Source: Desulfopila sp. (GTDB lineage: Bacteria; Desulfobacterota; Desulfobulbia; Desulfobulbales; Desulfocapsaceae). From it: a stretch of DNA of 64,000 nt. The notes below the pieces were generated by a model. The model was not told the origin of the DNA, did not search any database, and worked only from the letters and a program-made list of their open reading frames with translations. Where the stretch lies: contig JBFHGS010000003.1 in assembly GCA_041582995.1 (NCBI GenBank), positions 1,318 to 65,317 of the forward strand, in the 5' to 3' direction. Numbering within the stretch: the first letter of the stretch is position 1; the number at the start of each line of letters is the position of its first letter. The position numbers and the translations under genes were made by a program. Shown here piece by piece: positions 10,172 to 20,551 of this stretch.

Positions 10172-10600
10172 ATGGCGCAAATTGAATGGGATAGTACCTT
10201 CTCGACAGGTAATGACACTATCGACAAACAGCATCGAAAATGGATTCAATTATACAACGACGTTGACCATGTATTGCATAAAACAGATCCTGCAGATTCT
10301 GCCCGAATCAAAATTGAAGCACTTAAGGCAATGCAGGATTATGCACTTTATCATTTCCGATTTGAAGAGAACTACATGAAAGAAATCCACTACCCTGAGC
10401 TTGCACAGCACTGGAGATTACACAAAGATTTCGATTATAGAATCTTTGAATACATCCGCCAGCTTGAAATCGGGGGTGTTATTCTTAACTCTGAAATATT
10501 AACAGTTACCAGAAAATGGCTTATCGACCATATTCTTACGGAGGATATGAAAATTCTCAAATACCAGGAATCTCCGGCTGCTAACGCTGAAACAGCCTAG
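10172..10600 (+). CDS. bacteriohemerythrin-like metal-binding protein
   Basis: WDSTFSTGNDTIDKQHRKW, HFRFEENYM, WLIDHI: the characteristic His/Glu iron ligand pattern. Confidence 0.85.
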   Translation: MAQIEWDSTFSTGNDTIDKQHRKWIQLYNDVDHVLHKTDPADSARIKIEALKAMQDYALYHFRFEENYMKEIHYPELAQHWRLHKDFDYRIFEYIRQLEIGGVILNSEILTVTRKWLIDHILTEDMKILKYQESPAANAETA

Positions 10601-10645
10601 CGCACAAATAACTCTGATCTGCAGGTTTTGTGCGCTATTTCGAAT
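10600..10645. terminator. hairpin between convergent hemerythrin and selD genes (bidirectional terminator candidate)
   Basis: GCGCACAAA-18 nt-TTTGTGCGC followed by TATTT. Confidence 0.5.
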
Positions 10646-10652
10646 TATAAAA

Positions 10653-11702
10653 CTATCGTACCGTTAAGCCAACGTTATCACCGGTAACCTCTCCAATCAT
10701 GGACGCAACAGCAATGCCTGCATTATGCAGATCAACCAGCAGCATTTTGGCATGATCTGCAGGCAATGCCAGCAACAGACCTCCCGAAGTTTGTGGATCA
10801 TACAACAATTCTTCTTCAGCCTTACTTAAGCGTACAGCAACATCCAGACTGCTTCTCGCGACCATAGCCCTGTTAGCCTTATTGCTACCAGTAGTTTCAC
10901 CTTTTTTATACATCTCAGCTGCCCCGGAATAAAACGGCAATGAATAGTAATCGATAACTATATGGGTATTACTACCTAAAGCCATTTCCAGAGAATGTCC
11001 TAGAATTCCAAAACCGGTAACATCAGTACACGCATGCACATCATATTGCAGGGCCAATTCCATAGCCTTGCCGTTTAAAGCAGCTATTAATGGCAGAGTT
11101 TCTCTTTCGAGGGTTTTGAAATCAAATTTCCCAGCTCGGACAGAATTAAACAAAACACCAGAACCGAGTGGCTTTGTAAGAATTAACACATCACCAGCCT
11201 GAGTCCCGGCATTGGTAATAATCTTATCCGGATGAACAACTCCATTAACGCATAAGCCATATTTAGGCTCATTATCATCAACTGAATGCCCGCCGACCAG
11301 ACACGCTCCCGCTTCGACAACTTTATCATGTCCACCACGGAGAATTTCTCTGAGAATTCCCATATCCAAGTGCTTTGAAGGAAACATGACCAGATTCAAA
11401 GCTGTAAGTGGTTTTCCACCCATGGAATACACATCAGAAATGGAATTTGCGGCCGAAATCTGACCAAACCAATACGGGTCATCAACGGGTGGCGTTATAA
11501 AATCAACCGTGTTGATCATCGCTACGTCGTCTGACACCCTGTATACGGCAGCATCGTCTGATGTTTCTATCCCAACAAGCAAATCAGGATCTTGTGACTG
11601 GCTAAAACCTGCAAGTGCGTCCGACAAGTCCGTCGGACCAATTTTAGCAGCTCAACCGCAGGTACGTGCAAGTCCAGTCAGCGTTTTCTTTTTAAACAAC
11701 AT
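10653..11702 (-). CDS. selD: selenide, water dikinase (selenophosphate synthetase), selenocysteine-containing form; in-frame TGA at 11654..11652
   Basis: The body of the ORF looks to me like a SelD/PurM-type fold (family judgement by eye; motif blocks not checked one by one). Extending the ORF-track TTG ORF upstream in frame gives MLFKKKTLTGLARTCG-TGA-AAKIGPTDLSDALAGF, with ATG at 11702 and GAGGTGA upstream. The TGA aligns with the catalytic Cys/Sec of the SelD N-terminal loop. Confidence 0.85.
11619..11638 (-). promoter_or_regulatory. candidate bacterial SECIS hairpin 13 nt downstream of the selD UGA
   Basis: Perfect 7-bp stem GTCCGAC / GTCGGAC with 6-nt loop GGACTT on the coding strand. 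Confidence 0.6.
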
Positions 11703-12177
11703 CACAATCATCACCTCACAATTTTGAAAAGAGTCATAGCGACTCATTAGGCGCGTAATTTCCCGATACAAAGCATAAGCATAATCCATATACAAGGAAA
11801 GTTCAGAATTGTCACCCCGACGCATTGCTTACTATAAGGAACATTACATACACCGTTATTGCTTTCAGGGACCCAGTTCTTTGAACGAGCACAGATTCCT
11901 GAAAAAATAGCTCATTGAATTATTCAATTACCTGCGACAAACGGTGCTTATCCTAACTTAATACCCGGAATCTTATACAGGTTTGAGATGTAATACATCA
12001 AGGATGTTATTTACCCAGCAAGTATCTACACAAAGTAGAACATATGATAGCCACTATAACACAAGAGCCCAAGTAACCTCAAAAAGCGCAAGTACTCTCG
12101 TCTGCAGATCGGAAAAAATGCACTTGTAAAACAAGGCAACGTAGAGAGTGTTTCCTTCTTGTCCTTGTCAGCCATAT

Positions 12178-12340
12178 CAGAGGTTAGGAGTGAGACATGA
12201 ACTGCATTCGTCGCATGCAACTCGATAAATCACAGCATTTACCTTACTATTGAATGGTTGGGTTGCAACATGAATCGTTGTGCCCCTTACAGCTAACACG
12301 TATTACGTCACCATACTTGCCGAGAAAGAGGAATAATCAG
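12178..12340 (-). repeat. dispersed element family, copy A (degenerate; lacks the ATCAAGCTGAAATTC arm)
   Basis: Minus strand reads CGACGAATGCAGTTCATGTCTCACTCC (compare GAATGCAGTTCACGCCTC in other copies). The other end on the plus strand is CGTCACCATACTTGCCGAGAAAGAGGAATAATCAG (compare CACCTCATC...GAAAAAGAGGAG). Confidence 0.45.
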
Positions 12341-12390
12341 AAAAAGAATATGGAACAAAAGAGGTGAGATGTTCGAATAACGTGGATAAT

Positions 12391-12446
12391 AAAAACTTCA
12401 AAAAACACTCCCTGCCGGACATCCGGAATAAGATGGCGCGGCAGGG
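12391..12446 (-). terminator. rho-independent terminator candidate after the CBS-domain gene
   Basis: On minus strand CCCTGCCG-21 nt (inner CCGGA..TCCGG)-CGGCAGGG followed by a T-rich tract (AGTGTTTTTTGAAGTTTTT). Confidence 0.6.
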
Positions 12447-12471
12447 AACAGCATCTATATTTCTTTACTTA

Positions 12472-12912
12472 TCAGGCGGGATATTTCCCTTCTATGTAAT
12501 CTTTCAGATACATATTCTCGACTTTCTTTTCTTTCATCTGCGCTTTTACCACATCACCAATTGAAACCAGGCCTACAAGTTTTCCTGACTCAAGAATAGG
12601 AATATGACGAACTCGATTTTCAGTCATGACATTCTGTAGATAATCCAGATCATCATCTGGAGTCGCGACAATGAGGTCTGGGACCATAACTTCACGTACC
12701 TTCATTTGCGGCACTCTGTCCAAATCTTTATGAACAGCCTTTAAAATGTCATTGGGCGCCACAATTCCCTGGATGTTGTCATATTTGTCTACAACAAGTA
12801 AAGAACCAACCTTGTTAGCAAAAAAGATGGCCATTGCATCCACAAGTAGACTGTCTTCATGGGTTGTTATTACCCTGCTTCCTTTTGCTTCCAAAATCTC
12901 TTTTGCTTTCAT
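12472..12912 (-). CDS. CBS-domain pair protein
   Basis: Two CBS repeats (VGSLLVVDKYDNIQGIVAPNDILK; RHIPILESGKLVGLVSIGDVVK). 146 aa, 123 nt downstream of nuoN. Confidence 0.8.
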   Translation of the reverse strand: MKAKEILEAKGSRVITTHEDSLLVDAMAIFFANKVGSLLVVDKYDNIQGIVAPNDILKAVHKDLDRVPQMKVREVMVPDLIVATPDDDLDYLQNVMTENRVRHIPILESGKLVGLVSIGDVVKAQMKEKKVENMYLKDYIEGKYPA

Positions 12913-13034
12913 TTCCGCTCACTCCTGTAAAGACCATCGCCCGATTTCTCCTGCGACAGTTGATATCAACTTAATAACAGTAACCCCAATCGTACTGAAA
13001 ATATTTAACAGGTCTGAAATACCAATCCGCCAGG

Positions 13035-14447
13035 CTACAGTAATACGGGGTAAAACCCGATTGCGAAAACACAAACAGCAAGTATAGCCGTACCGATAGG
13101 TGCCAGTGTCATTCCTGCTGTTTCAAAACTATCTTCAGGCTCTTTGAAATACATGAGAATTATCAAGCGCAGGTAATACCACATAGAAAGTATACTCGAA
13201 ACAATACCAAGTACGGCAAGAAGCATATGCCCAGCTCTGATTGCGTCTGTGATAATATAAAATTTACCCATGAAACCAGCTGTAGGCGGAATACCTGCCA
13301 TGGACAGCATGAATATTGTTATTGCTGCGGCGGAATAAGGTCGAACCTTAGCAAGTCCCTTGAAATCATCAAAGCTATCACGCTTCTCTCCGGCCCCGCC
13401 AAGGTATGACAATGCTGCAAAAATACCAAGTGTTGAAACAGTGTAGGCCGCAAGGTAAAAAAGGATAACTCCGCCAGTAAAATTAGCAGTTCCCACCGCC
13501 ACCAGAGCAATCAATATATACCCGGTATGAACTATTCCCGAAGCAGCAAGCATCCGTTTCAAGGTATTCTGACCAATGGCAATGAGATTGCCTGCGAACA
13601 TTGTAAACACTGCTATGTAAAACAAATAGTCTACCCAGACATCTTTTAATCCGCTGTCAAGCACCAGAAAGTTCGCAAATACTGCAAAAATTGCTGTTTT
13701 TACTGCCGTGGCCATAAATCCTGTCACCGGTAAAGGAGCGCCGTCATAAACATCAACAACCCATGCATGGAACGGAAATGCGGCCACTTTGAATAAAAAT
13801 GCGACAATCACCAGAAAGGCACCCGCCGCCATAGCAGGACTGCTGAGGAAACTGGTTGTACTCAGATAGTCAGCTATCGCAACAAACCGGGTACTCTCGG
13901 CTGCACCATAAACCAATGCCGAGCCCATTGTAAAAAAAGCACCAGCAAATGCACCCAGCATCAGGTACTTAAGAACAGCCTCAGACCGCTTTACACTGGA
14001 TCTGTCATAGCCAACCAGCACATAAATCGCAAGCGACATGATTTCCAATGCTATGAACAGCGTAATGAGTTCAGCTGACATCGTAAGGAGCAGCATACCG
14101 CAAGCTGCAAACATCAGCAGGCTGTAGAACTCTTGTGAATAGGATTTGTTCTGGGTGAAATACGTCTGAGCAATCATACAACTAAAAAAGCCACAGGCGA
14201 GAATGATCAGCCCTGATACCTTGGTAAATGTACTGGCAACCAGCATACCATTAAAAACGGCATCATATGGCATTACACTTCCTGAGACGCTGACCATCAT
14301 CTGTACAGCGAAGGCAAAGGCAAATACACCCATAGCAACCAAGGCTGTGTTTCCTTCGCTCAGGCTTTCCATCGAAGCCAACAGCATGAGCGTAATTGCC
14401 CCTGCTCCAACCACAAGTAGCGGAAGTATTACGATAAAATCCAGCAT
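13035..14447 (-). CDS. nuoN: NADH-quinone oxidoreductase subunit N
   Basis: 470-aa polytopic antiporter-like protein, last gene of the nuo cluster after nuoM. Confidence 0.9.
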   Translation of the reverse strand: MLDFIVILPLLVVGAGAITLMLLASMESLSEGNTALVAMGVFAFAFAVQMMVSVSGSVMPYDAVFNGMLVASTFTKVSGLIILACGFFSCMIAQTYFTQNKSYSQEFYSLLMFAACGMLLLTMSAELITLFIALEIMSLAIYVLVGYDRSSVKRSEAVLKYLMLGAFAGAFFTMGSALVYGAAESTRFVAIADYLSTTSFLSSPAMAAGAFLVIVAFLFKVAAFPFHAWVVDVYDGAPLPVTGFMATAVKTAIFAVFANFLVLDSGLKDVWVDYLFYIAVFTMFAGNLIAIGQNTLKRMLAASGIVHTGYILIALVAVGTANFTGGVILFYLAAYTVSTLGIFAALSYLGGAGEKRDSFDDFKGLAKVRPYSAAAITIFMLSMAGIPPTAGFMGKFYIITDAIRAGHMLLAVLGIVSSILSMWYYLRLIILMYFKEPEDSFETAGMTLAPIGTAILAVCVFAIGFYPVLL

Positions 14448-14463
14448 AGTCTGTCACCTGGCC

Positions 14464-15984
14464 TCAATTCTTTTCCTGTGTTTGTTCCACAACCGGAACG
14501 GTGTTATCCGCAAGCTGCTGCTGTACCGCACTGACTGAGGCGACCTGTTTGAGTGCAGCAGGAGTCACTTTGTCAAGGAACGGTTGCGGATAAATCCCCA
14601 TAAAAAGTATCAGAATGACTAACGGCAGAATGGTCAGAGTCTCAATTGCTGTAAGATCTCTGAACCCTTCAGTACGTGCGTTACTTTTCTCGAAAAATAC
14701 CCTTTGAAACATCCAAAGCATATAACATACGCCTATTATCAGGGTCGTTCCCGCCAATACGCCAATTGCCATGTTAAATTTCACTGCACCAAGAATAATC
14801 AGGAACTCACCGATAAATCCGCTGGTACCCGGCAAACCGACTGATGCCAGCATAGCAACTGCAAAGAATACTGCAAAGATAGGCGCTTTATAAGCAATCC
14901 CCCCAAGATCCTCAATATTTCTTGTTTCCATTCGTTCTTCAATTATGCCTATAAGAAGAAACAAAGCGCCTGTGCTTGTTGCATGGGCAACTATCTGATA
15001 CAGCGTCCCGGTAAGTGCCTGTACATTCATGCAAAACACACCAAGAGCGATAATACCCATATGCGAAGCGGACGAGAAAGCCAGCATCCGTTTAAAGTCT
15101 TTCTGAGCAATTGCCGCTATCCCGCAATACATCATGCCGATTACCCCAGAGTACGCCAAAACTATCGCATACCTGGCAAAATCCTCCGCAAAAACAGGAA
15201 GTACGAATCGTATTACTGCATACACGCCGATCTTAGCCATAATAGCAGACAGCAGAAACGTTGCGGCTGTCGGAGCTTCTGTATACGCATCAGGCAACCA
15301 GGTGTGAAAAGGAAAGAGCGGAATTTTGATGGCAAATGCGAGCATAAAGAAAACAAACGCTGCGGTAGCCGCCTTCCCTGAAAGATTCAATGCCGTGAGT
15401 TGGGCAATATCAAAACTCCACACACCTGTCTGGGCATGGTATGCCACACCAACATAGACAATAGCCGCAAGCATAAAGAGTGATCCGGCAATAGTGTACA
15501 GAGTGATCTTCAGCGTTGCCGGGAGTCTGTTTGGTCCACCATAAAGACCGATCATAAAAAAGACCGGCAGCAGCATAATTTCCCAGAAGATATAGAACAG
15601 AATCATATCGGCGGCACAGATCGCACCAATCATTGCTCCCTGTGCTATCATCAGGTTCGCATAGTACCCCTTGCTCTTTGTTTTCAAGAGCAGGTAGGCC
15701 ATCGGGAATAAACAGGATCCTGCCATAAGAACCAACAGCGAAATACCATCAACACCCAAATTATAACTGACACCAACAGACTCAAACCACGGTATATTGA
15801 TGGCAAATTCGAGGCCGCTTGTCCCGGTAAAGTTAAAAAATACTTTTATTCCAAGTATTACAACCAGAATGGCTGATACCAAGCCGATAGCCCGCGCTGC
15901 CTCTTTCTTTACAGGCAGAATGAGCACCCCAAAACCGGCGACAATGGGGAGAAAAATCATGACTGATAGGATATTCTCAAACAT
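14464..15984 (-). CDS. nuoM: NADH-quinone oxidoreductase subunit M
   Basis: 506-aa antiporter-like subunit (FPFHTWLPDAYTEAPT motif). Confidence 0.9.
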   Translation of the reverse strand: MFENILSVMIFLPIVAGFGVLILPVKKEAARAIGLVSAILVVILGIKVFFNFTGTSGLEFAINIPWFESVGVSYNLGVDGISLLVLMAGSCLFPMAYLLLKTKSKGYYANLMIAQGAMIGAICAADMILFYIFWEIMLLPVFFMIGLYGGPNRLPATLKITLYTIAGSLFMLAAIVYVGVAYHAQTGVWSFDIAQLTALNLSGKAATAAFVFFMLAFAIKIPLFPFHTWLPDAYTEAPTAATFLLSAIMAKIGVYAVIRFVLPVFAEDFARYAIVLAYSGVIGMMYCGIAAIAQKDFKRMLAFSSASHMGIIALGVFCMNVQALTGTLYQIVAHATSTGALFLLIGIIEERMETRNIEDLGGIAYKAPIFAVFFAVAMLASVGLPGTSGFIGEFLIILGAVKFNMAIGVLAGTTLIIGVCYMLWMFQRVFFEKSNARTEGFRDLTAIETLTILPLVILILFMGIYPQPFLDKVTPAALKQVASVSAVQQQLADNTVPVVEQTQEKN

Positions 15985-15994
15985 TATTCCACCT

Positions 15995-17914
15995 TTACAA
16001 ATTCAGGGAGCGGGAAATCATTATGCTCAGGACACTGAGCCCGATAACCATATAAATTGCATATACCCGTACATATCCGACCTGCACCACCTTGAAAGCA
16101 TTTGCCAGTGCACCGTATAACCAGACAGCAATCTTCACAGGTCCATCCGTCACGTAAGGCTCAATACTTTTCCAGATAGTCTGGCCGAAGAACTTATACG
16201 GAACCACAATAAGGTAATGATACAGCTCATCGACGAAAAACTTATTGTAGGCAAAATTGGCCATACCAGTATAGAAAGGCTCTTCTGCCTCCACCACGCC
16301 AAATCTTTTCCAGGCAATATAAATACCTCCGGCAAATGCCATAATGCTGGTCAGCACGGCAATAATTTCAATCCAGATACTCACATGTGGATGATGCTCA
16401 GCCAGACTTGGTGCCAACCAGTGCGAAACCTGGAGATTACCACCAAAAATTGACGGGATATTGAGATAACCTGCAAACAGAGCACCTACAGCCAGGATAA
16501 TCAATGGAACTGTCATCACTCTTGGAGGCTCATGAGCCGCTTCAAACGCATGCTGATCTCGTGGTTTGCCATGGAAAACTACAAAAAACATTCTGAATGT
16601 GTAATACGCTGTCATCACCGCAACCAGAAGTCCTACAAACCAGATCCCAACATGACCTGAGGCAAGAGCAGAAAAGAGAATTTCATCCTTGCTGAAGAAA
16701 CCGGAGAACAAAGGACAGCCTGCCAGAGCTAAAGCTCCGACCAGCATTGTTGCATAGGTAATAGGCATTTTCTCTTTCAAGCCGCCCATTTTCCAGATAT
16801 CCTGCTCGTGATGCATGGCATATATAACCGAACCGGCACCAAGAAAGAGCAAGGCCTTAAAGAAAGCATGAGTAAAAACATGGAAAATACCGGCAGAGTA
16901 GGCAGCAACACCAACGCCTGCAAACATATACCCGAGCTGACTTACCGTTGAGTAAGCCAGAATTTTTTTGATATCACGCTGAAAACAGCCGAATGTTGCG
17001 GCCAGAAGCGCAGTTAGAATACCGATCCAGGCGACAATAGACCCGGCCAGCGGTACTTCAACATAGAGGAAGCTGAAGCGTGCAACCATATACACACCAG
17101 CAGTTACCATTGTCGCAGCATGAATCAGTGCAGAAACAGGTGTAGGACCGGCCATGGCGTCAGGAAGCCATACATAGAGCGGAATCTGAGCTGATTTCCC
17201 CGTCGCGCCTACAAAGAGCAGTAAACAGACAGCTAGTCCAATGGCAGGTGTTATCTGAGGAGCGTTGGCTCTGAGTGACATATAGTCAAACCCACCTGCT
17301 CCTATAGCCCAGAACAGAAGAGACATTCCCAGAACAAAACCCAGATCACCAATCCTGTTTACGATAAAGGCCTTATTTCCCGCCAATACATTATTGGTAT
17401 CTTGACTGTAGTAACTGATCAGCAGATAAGAACAGAGACCAACACCCTCCCAGCCTACGAACATGACGACCGGTCCGTTGCCAAGTACAAGAATCAGCAT
17501 TGAACCAAGGAAAAGATTCAGGTAGGCAAAGAATTTACCGAAATTCTCGTCTTTGGCCATATAGCCGATAGAGTAGATATGGATTAGTGTGCCAATGAAT
17601 GTGACAAAAAGCAGCATCAATGAACTGAGCGGATCTGCAAAAAATCCCATAGAGACATTGAGATCACCGACATGGATCCAGGTAAAGACATCCTGCACCA
17701 AATACCGTGCTTCTTCAGGGAGAAGTCGAAGGCCAAAATACACCTTAAGCGCGAGTATGCAGGCAAGTACCGGACCTGCACAAGCCAGGATGCTGTAAAT
17801 TTTTTCAGGAAGGGGTCTGCCCTTGCAAGTCGCCATGTGCATAACACCGAGGACCAGGGCCCCGAGTAGCGGCAGCAAGGGTATTAACACAAGGTATGAT
17901 ACGGTATGTTCCAT
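15995..17914 (-). CDS. nuoL: NADH-quinone oxidoreductase subunit L
   Basis: 639 aa. WEGVGLCSYLLI, PLYVWLPDAMAGPTPVSALIHAATMV. Long C-terminal extension typical of NuoL. Confidence 0.92.
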   Translation of the reverse strand: MEHTVSYLVLIPLLPLLGALVLGVMHMATCKGRPLPEKIYSILACAGPVLACILALKVYFGLRLLPEEARYLVQDVFTWIHVGDLNVSMGFFADPLSSLMLLFVTFIGTLIHIYSIGYMAKDENFGKFFAYLNLFLGSMLILVLGNGPVVMFVGWEGVGLCSYLLISYYSQDTNNVLAGNKAFIVNRIGDLGFVLGMSLLFWAIGAGGFDYMSLRANAPQITPAIGLAVCLLLFVGATGKSAQIPLYVWLPDAMAGPTPVSALIHAATMVTAGVYMVARFSFLYVEVPLAGSIVAWIGILTALLAATFGCFQRDIKKILAYSTVSQLGYMFAGVGVAAYSAGIFHVFTHAFFKALLFLGAGSVIYAMHHEQDIWKMGGLKEKMPITYATMLVGALALAGCPLFSGFFSKDEILFSALASGHVGIWFVGLLVAVMTAYYTFRMFFVVFHGKPRDQHAFEAAHEPPRVMTVPLIILAVGALFAGYLNIPSIFGGNLQVSHWLAPSLAEHHPHVSIWIEIIAVLTSIMAFAGGIYIAWKRFGVVEAEEPFYTGMANFAYNKFFVDELYHYLIVVPYKFFGQTIWKSIEPYVTDGPVKIAVWLYGALANAFKVVQVGYVRVYAIYMVIGLSVLSIMISRSLNL

Positions 17915-17918
17915 CTTG

Positions 17919-18215
17919 TCACCCTCTTAACAGGCTGAATACGTTTGTATCCAGATTGCCTTTATGCTTATGCAGAAGAATTACGACTGCCAGCGCAAGC
18001 GCAGCTTCCGCCGCGGCAACAGCCATGACCATCAGGGCCAGAACATGCCCATCCATGCTTTCATGTAGCCGAGCCAGCGCTACAAACGTTAGATTTGCGG
18101 CGTTCAGCATCAACTCAATCGACATGAACACCGTGAATACATTGCGACGGGAAATGACACCAAGCAACCCGAGGCAAAAGAGGATGATGCTTAACGAAAG
18201 ATAATTCAGAATCAC
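17919..18215 (-). CDS. nuoK: NADH-quinone oxidoreductase subunit K
   Basis: 98-aa 3-TM protein between nuoJ and nuo[13 protein letters not shown] motif. Confidence 0.9.
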   Translation of the reverse strand: MILNYLSLSIILFCLGLLGVISRRNVFTVFMSIELMLNAANLTFVALARLHESMDGHVLALMVMAVAAAEAALALAVVILLHKHKGNLDTNVFSLLRG

Positions 18216-18721
18216 GCCCTTTCCTCCCTCTTGCCTGCCAGCACAACGGCACCAACAAGCGCCACCAGCAGCAGAATTGACACGATTTCAAACGGTAGTA
18301 ACCAGTCCCTAAACAGCACCTTACCAACCTCTTTAACACTGCCGAACCCGTTACCGACTATCTGTGTATCTCCACCCGGTAATCTGTTCACCACTTTGAG
18401 CAGAAACAGAGCCATCGGAGCAATCACCACCGCGCCACCCGCAAAATAGTACCAGCGGCTTGACTCATCCGGCAGGTCTTTTTCACCAATATTCAAGAAC
18501 ATGATAATGAAGAGAATCAGAGACATAATGGCGCCAGCATACACAATCAGCTGAATTGCAAAGATCAGCTTCGCTGAAAGTAGTGCATACAGTCCTGCAA
18601 GAGAAATAAGGGTAATGATAAAACTCATCGCCCCATTCATCGGATGCCTCAACAGAACCAAGCCTGCAGCGCCTGCCACTGCCAGAACTGAAAATGCGGA
18701 AAAGAGTATAGTTGAAACCAT
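18212..18721 (-). CDS. nuoJ: NADH-quinone oxidoreductase subunit J
   Basis: Hydrophobic roughly 170-aa protein in the nuoJ position. Start set at MVSTILF (ATG 18721, GGAGG upstream). Confidence 0.85.
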   Translation of the reverse strand: MVSTILFSAFSVLAVAGAAGLVLLRHPMNGAMSFIITLISLAGLYALLSAKLIFAIQLIVYAGAIMSLILFIIMFLNIGEKDLPDESSRWYYFAGGAVVIAPMALFLLKVVNRLPGGDTQIVGNGFGSVKEVGKVLFRDWLLPFEIVSILLLVALVGAVVLAGKREERA

Positions 18722-18725
18722 GATA

Positions 18726-19250
18726 TCAGCACCCTCCCTTCTTGTATTCTTCTTCCGAAAAACCACCCGGAGTCGTGAGTAGATCGTCAATTCCGACCAT
18801 CATCGCCCCCCGGGAGTAACTGGTTACAGAAAAGATCCCGGTATCCATACGAATTGCATCCATTGGGCAGGCTTCTACGCAGTACCCGCAGTAAATACAC
18901 TCCAACAGATCGATATCAAAGCGTAGAGGCAGCTTCTCGGTTCTACCGTCCTTGCGCTCTCCGGCCTCAATCATTATGCAGTTGGAGGGGCAGTTTGTCT
19001 GACACATAAAGCAGGCCACACATTTTACCGTGCCGTCCTCATGAGTAGTCAGACGATGCCTTCCTCGCCATCGTGGAGAAATTTCAGGTTTTACTTCCGG
19101 ATAATGTCGAACATAGAGTCGTTTATTATCCGCCAGATTCCTGAAAAAGTGGCCTAATGTTACGACCATGCCTTTCACTACCTCGACCAGATAGAGCTGT
19201 TCGAGGAAGGTTCCACCCTTGCGCTCAATCGTTTTTACTTTTGCACTCAT
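18726..19250 (-). CDS. nuoI: NADH-quinone oxidoreductase subunit I (2x[4Fe-4S])
   Basis: CVACFMCQTNCP and CIYCGYCVEACP ferredoxin motifs. Start set at MSAKVKT. Confidence 0.9.
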   Translation of the reverse strand: MSAKVKTIERKGGTFLEQLYLVEVVKGMVVTLGHFFRNLADNKRLYVRHYPEVKPEISPRWRGRHRLTTHEDGTVKCVACFMCQTNCPSNCIMIEAGERKDGRTEKLPLRFDIDLLECIYCGYCVEACPMDAIRMDTGIFSVTSYSRGAMMVGIDDLLTTPGGFSEEEYKKGGC

Positions 19251-19261
19251 AACAGATTCCC

Positions 19262-20551
19262 TCAGGCCAGTGACACGACAACTGCGCTGGTAATGAAAAT
19301 GTTGAGCAGAGCCAGTGGCAGAAGCTTCTGCCAACCGAGTTTCTGCAGCTGATCATAACGGAACCGGGGCAGGGTCCATCGTACCCAAATATAGACAAAA
19401 CACATCATGAAGGTCTTGACCAGAAAACAGCCAACCTGCAGCAACGCCACCAGTATTCTCCCGCCACTTCCGTCTGCTGAGGAAAAAAGCAGGAAACCGA
19501 TAAAGATAACCTCAAGAAATACCACCAGGCTCCAGATTACTGCAGCATACACCTGAGCTTCCCGAACACGTGGATCATTAGGGCGATCGTAATGACTACG
19601 GTTGTTTTTCTTCATCCATAGGACGAAGTAATATGCGAGTGCCGGAATGGCTACGAGCAGCAAAACCACAACTGGCTTTGCATAGGCGAGAAGTGTTTCG
19701 GTGCTGAACCATGGAATTTGATAGCTGCCGAAATACAGCGTAACGATAAGAGCAGAAGAAACAAACATTGCAACATATTCACCCATGAAGAATAAAGCGA
19801 ATTTCATAGAACTGTATTCAACATGGAAACCTGCTACGATCTCACTCTCGCCTTCTGCCAGGTCAAACGGTGTTCTATTGGTTTCAGCAAATGCGGCGAC
19901 TATAAAAATCACAACTCCGATAGGCTGCAGGAACACACCCCACATCGGAATGAAACCAAAGAGTAGCTGCCCTTGAAACTGCGCCATTTCACTCAAATTG
20001 ACTGTGCTGTAAATAGTCAGAAGAGAAACGAGTGCAAGACCCATAGGAATTTCATAACTGATAACCTGGGCTGCCGCTCTCAGTCCGCCAAGTACGCCAT
20101 ATTTGTTATGTGACGACCAACCAGCAAGAATAATTCCGTATACACCAAAGCCAACCACAGCCAGGAACCAGAGAATACCGACATCAGTCGGTATCGCCTG
20201 CATGATGTAACTCTTATCTCCCAAAACCAATGTGTCAGCAAACGGAATAACGGCAAACGAAAGTATCGCAGTAATGAACACCAGAGTTGGTGCAAGAATG
20301 AAATAAAATTTATGTTTGATGTGACCGGGTACTATATCCTCCTTGAAGATCAGTTTCACCGCATCTGCAATATTCTGAATGAGCCCGCCAGCACGAAATC
20401 CCATAACATGGCAACGATTAGGTCCTGAACGATCCTGAAAATAACCAGCCCCGCGCCTTTCCATCCACACAAGGATGGCCACAAAACAAAGTGGTACAAA
20501 AGCACCGAAAGCTATCCGTACAATGACTAAAAGGTAATCAAGCGCTGACAT
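19262..20551 (-). CDS. nuoH: NADH-quinone oxidoreductase subunit H (long form, about 429 aa)
   Basis: ERRGAGYFQDRSGPN, VAGFHVEYSSMKFALFFMGEY, WVRWTLPRFRYDQL motifs. Start set at MSALDYLL (ATG 20551). Confidence 0.9.
   Translation of the reverse strand: MSALDYLLVIVRIAFGAFVPLCFVAILVWMERRGAGYFQDRSGPNRCHVMGFRAGGLIQNIADAVKLIFKEDIVPGHIKHKFYFILAPTLVFITAILSFAVIPFADTLVLGDKSYIMQAIPTDVGILWFLAVVGFGVYGIILAGWSSHNKYGVLGGLRAAAQVISYEIPMGLALVSLLTIYSTVNLSEMAQFQGQLLFGFIPMWGVFLQPIGVVIFIVAAFAETNRTPFDLAEGESEIVAGFHVEYSSMKFALFFMGEYVAMFVSSALIVTLYFGSYQIPWFSTETLLAYAKPVVVLLLVAIPALAYYFVLWMKKNNRSHYDRPNDPRVREAQVYAAVIWSLVVFLEVIFIGFLLFSSADGSGGRILVALLQVGCFLVKTFMMCFVYIWVRWTLPRFRYDQLQKLGWQKLLPLALLNIFITSAVVVSLA

Noticed and set aside
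10653-11627. ORF-track version of selD starting at TTG (324 aa).
   Set aside because: The apparent start is an artefact of the in-frame TGA (Sec) 27 nt upstream. The conserved SelD N-terminal loop and a proper ATG with SD lie further upstream (11702).
12364-12385. GATGTTCGAATAACG resembled a tRNA T-loop (GTTCGAAT).
   Set aside because: No acceptor, D or anticodon stems can be drawn around it. No tRNA or rRNA genes were recognised anywhere in the window by eye, and a tRNAscan run would be needed to be certain.
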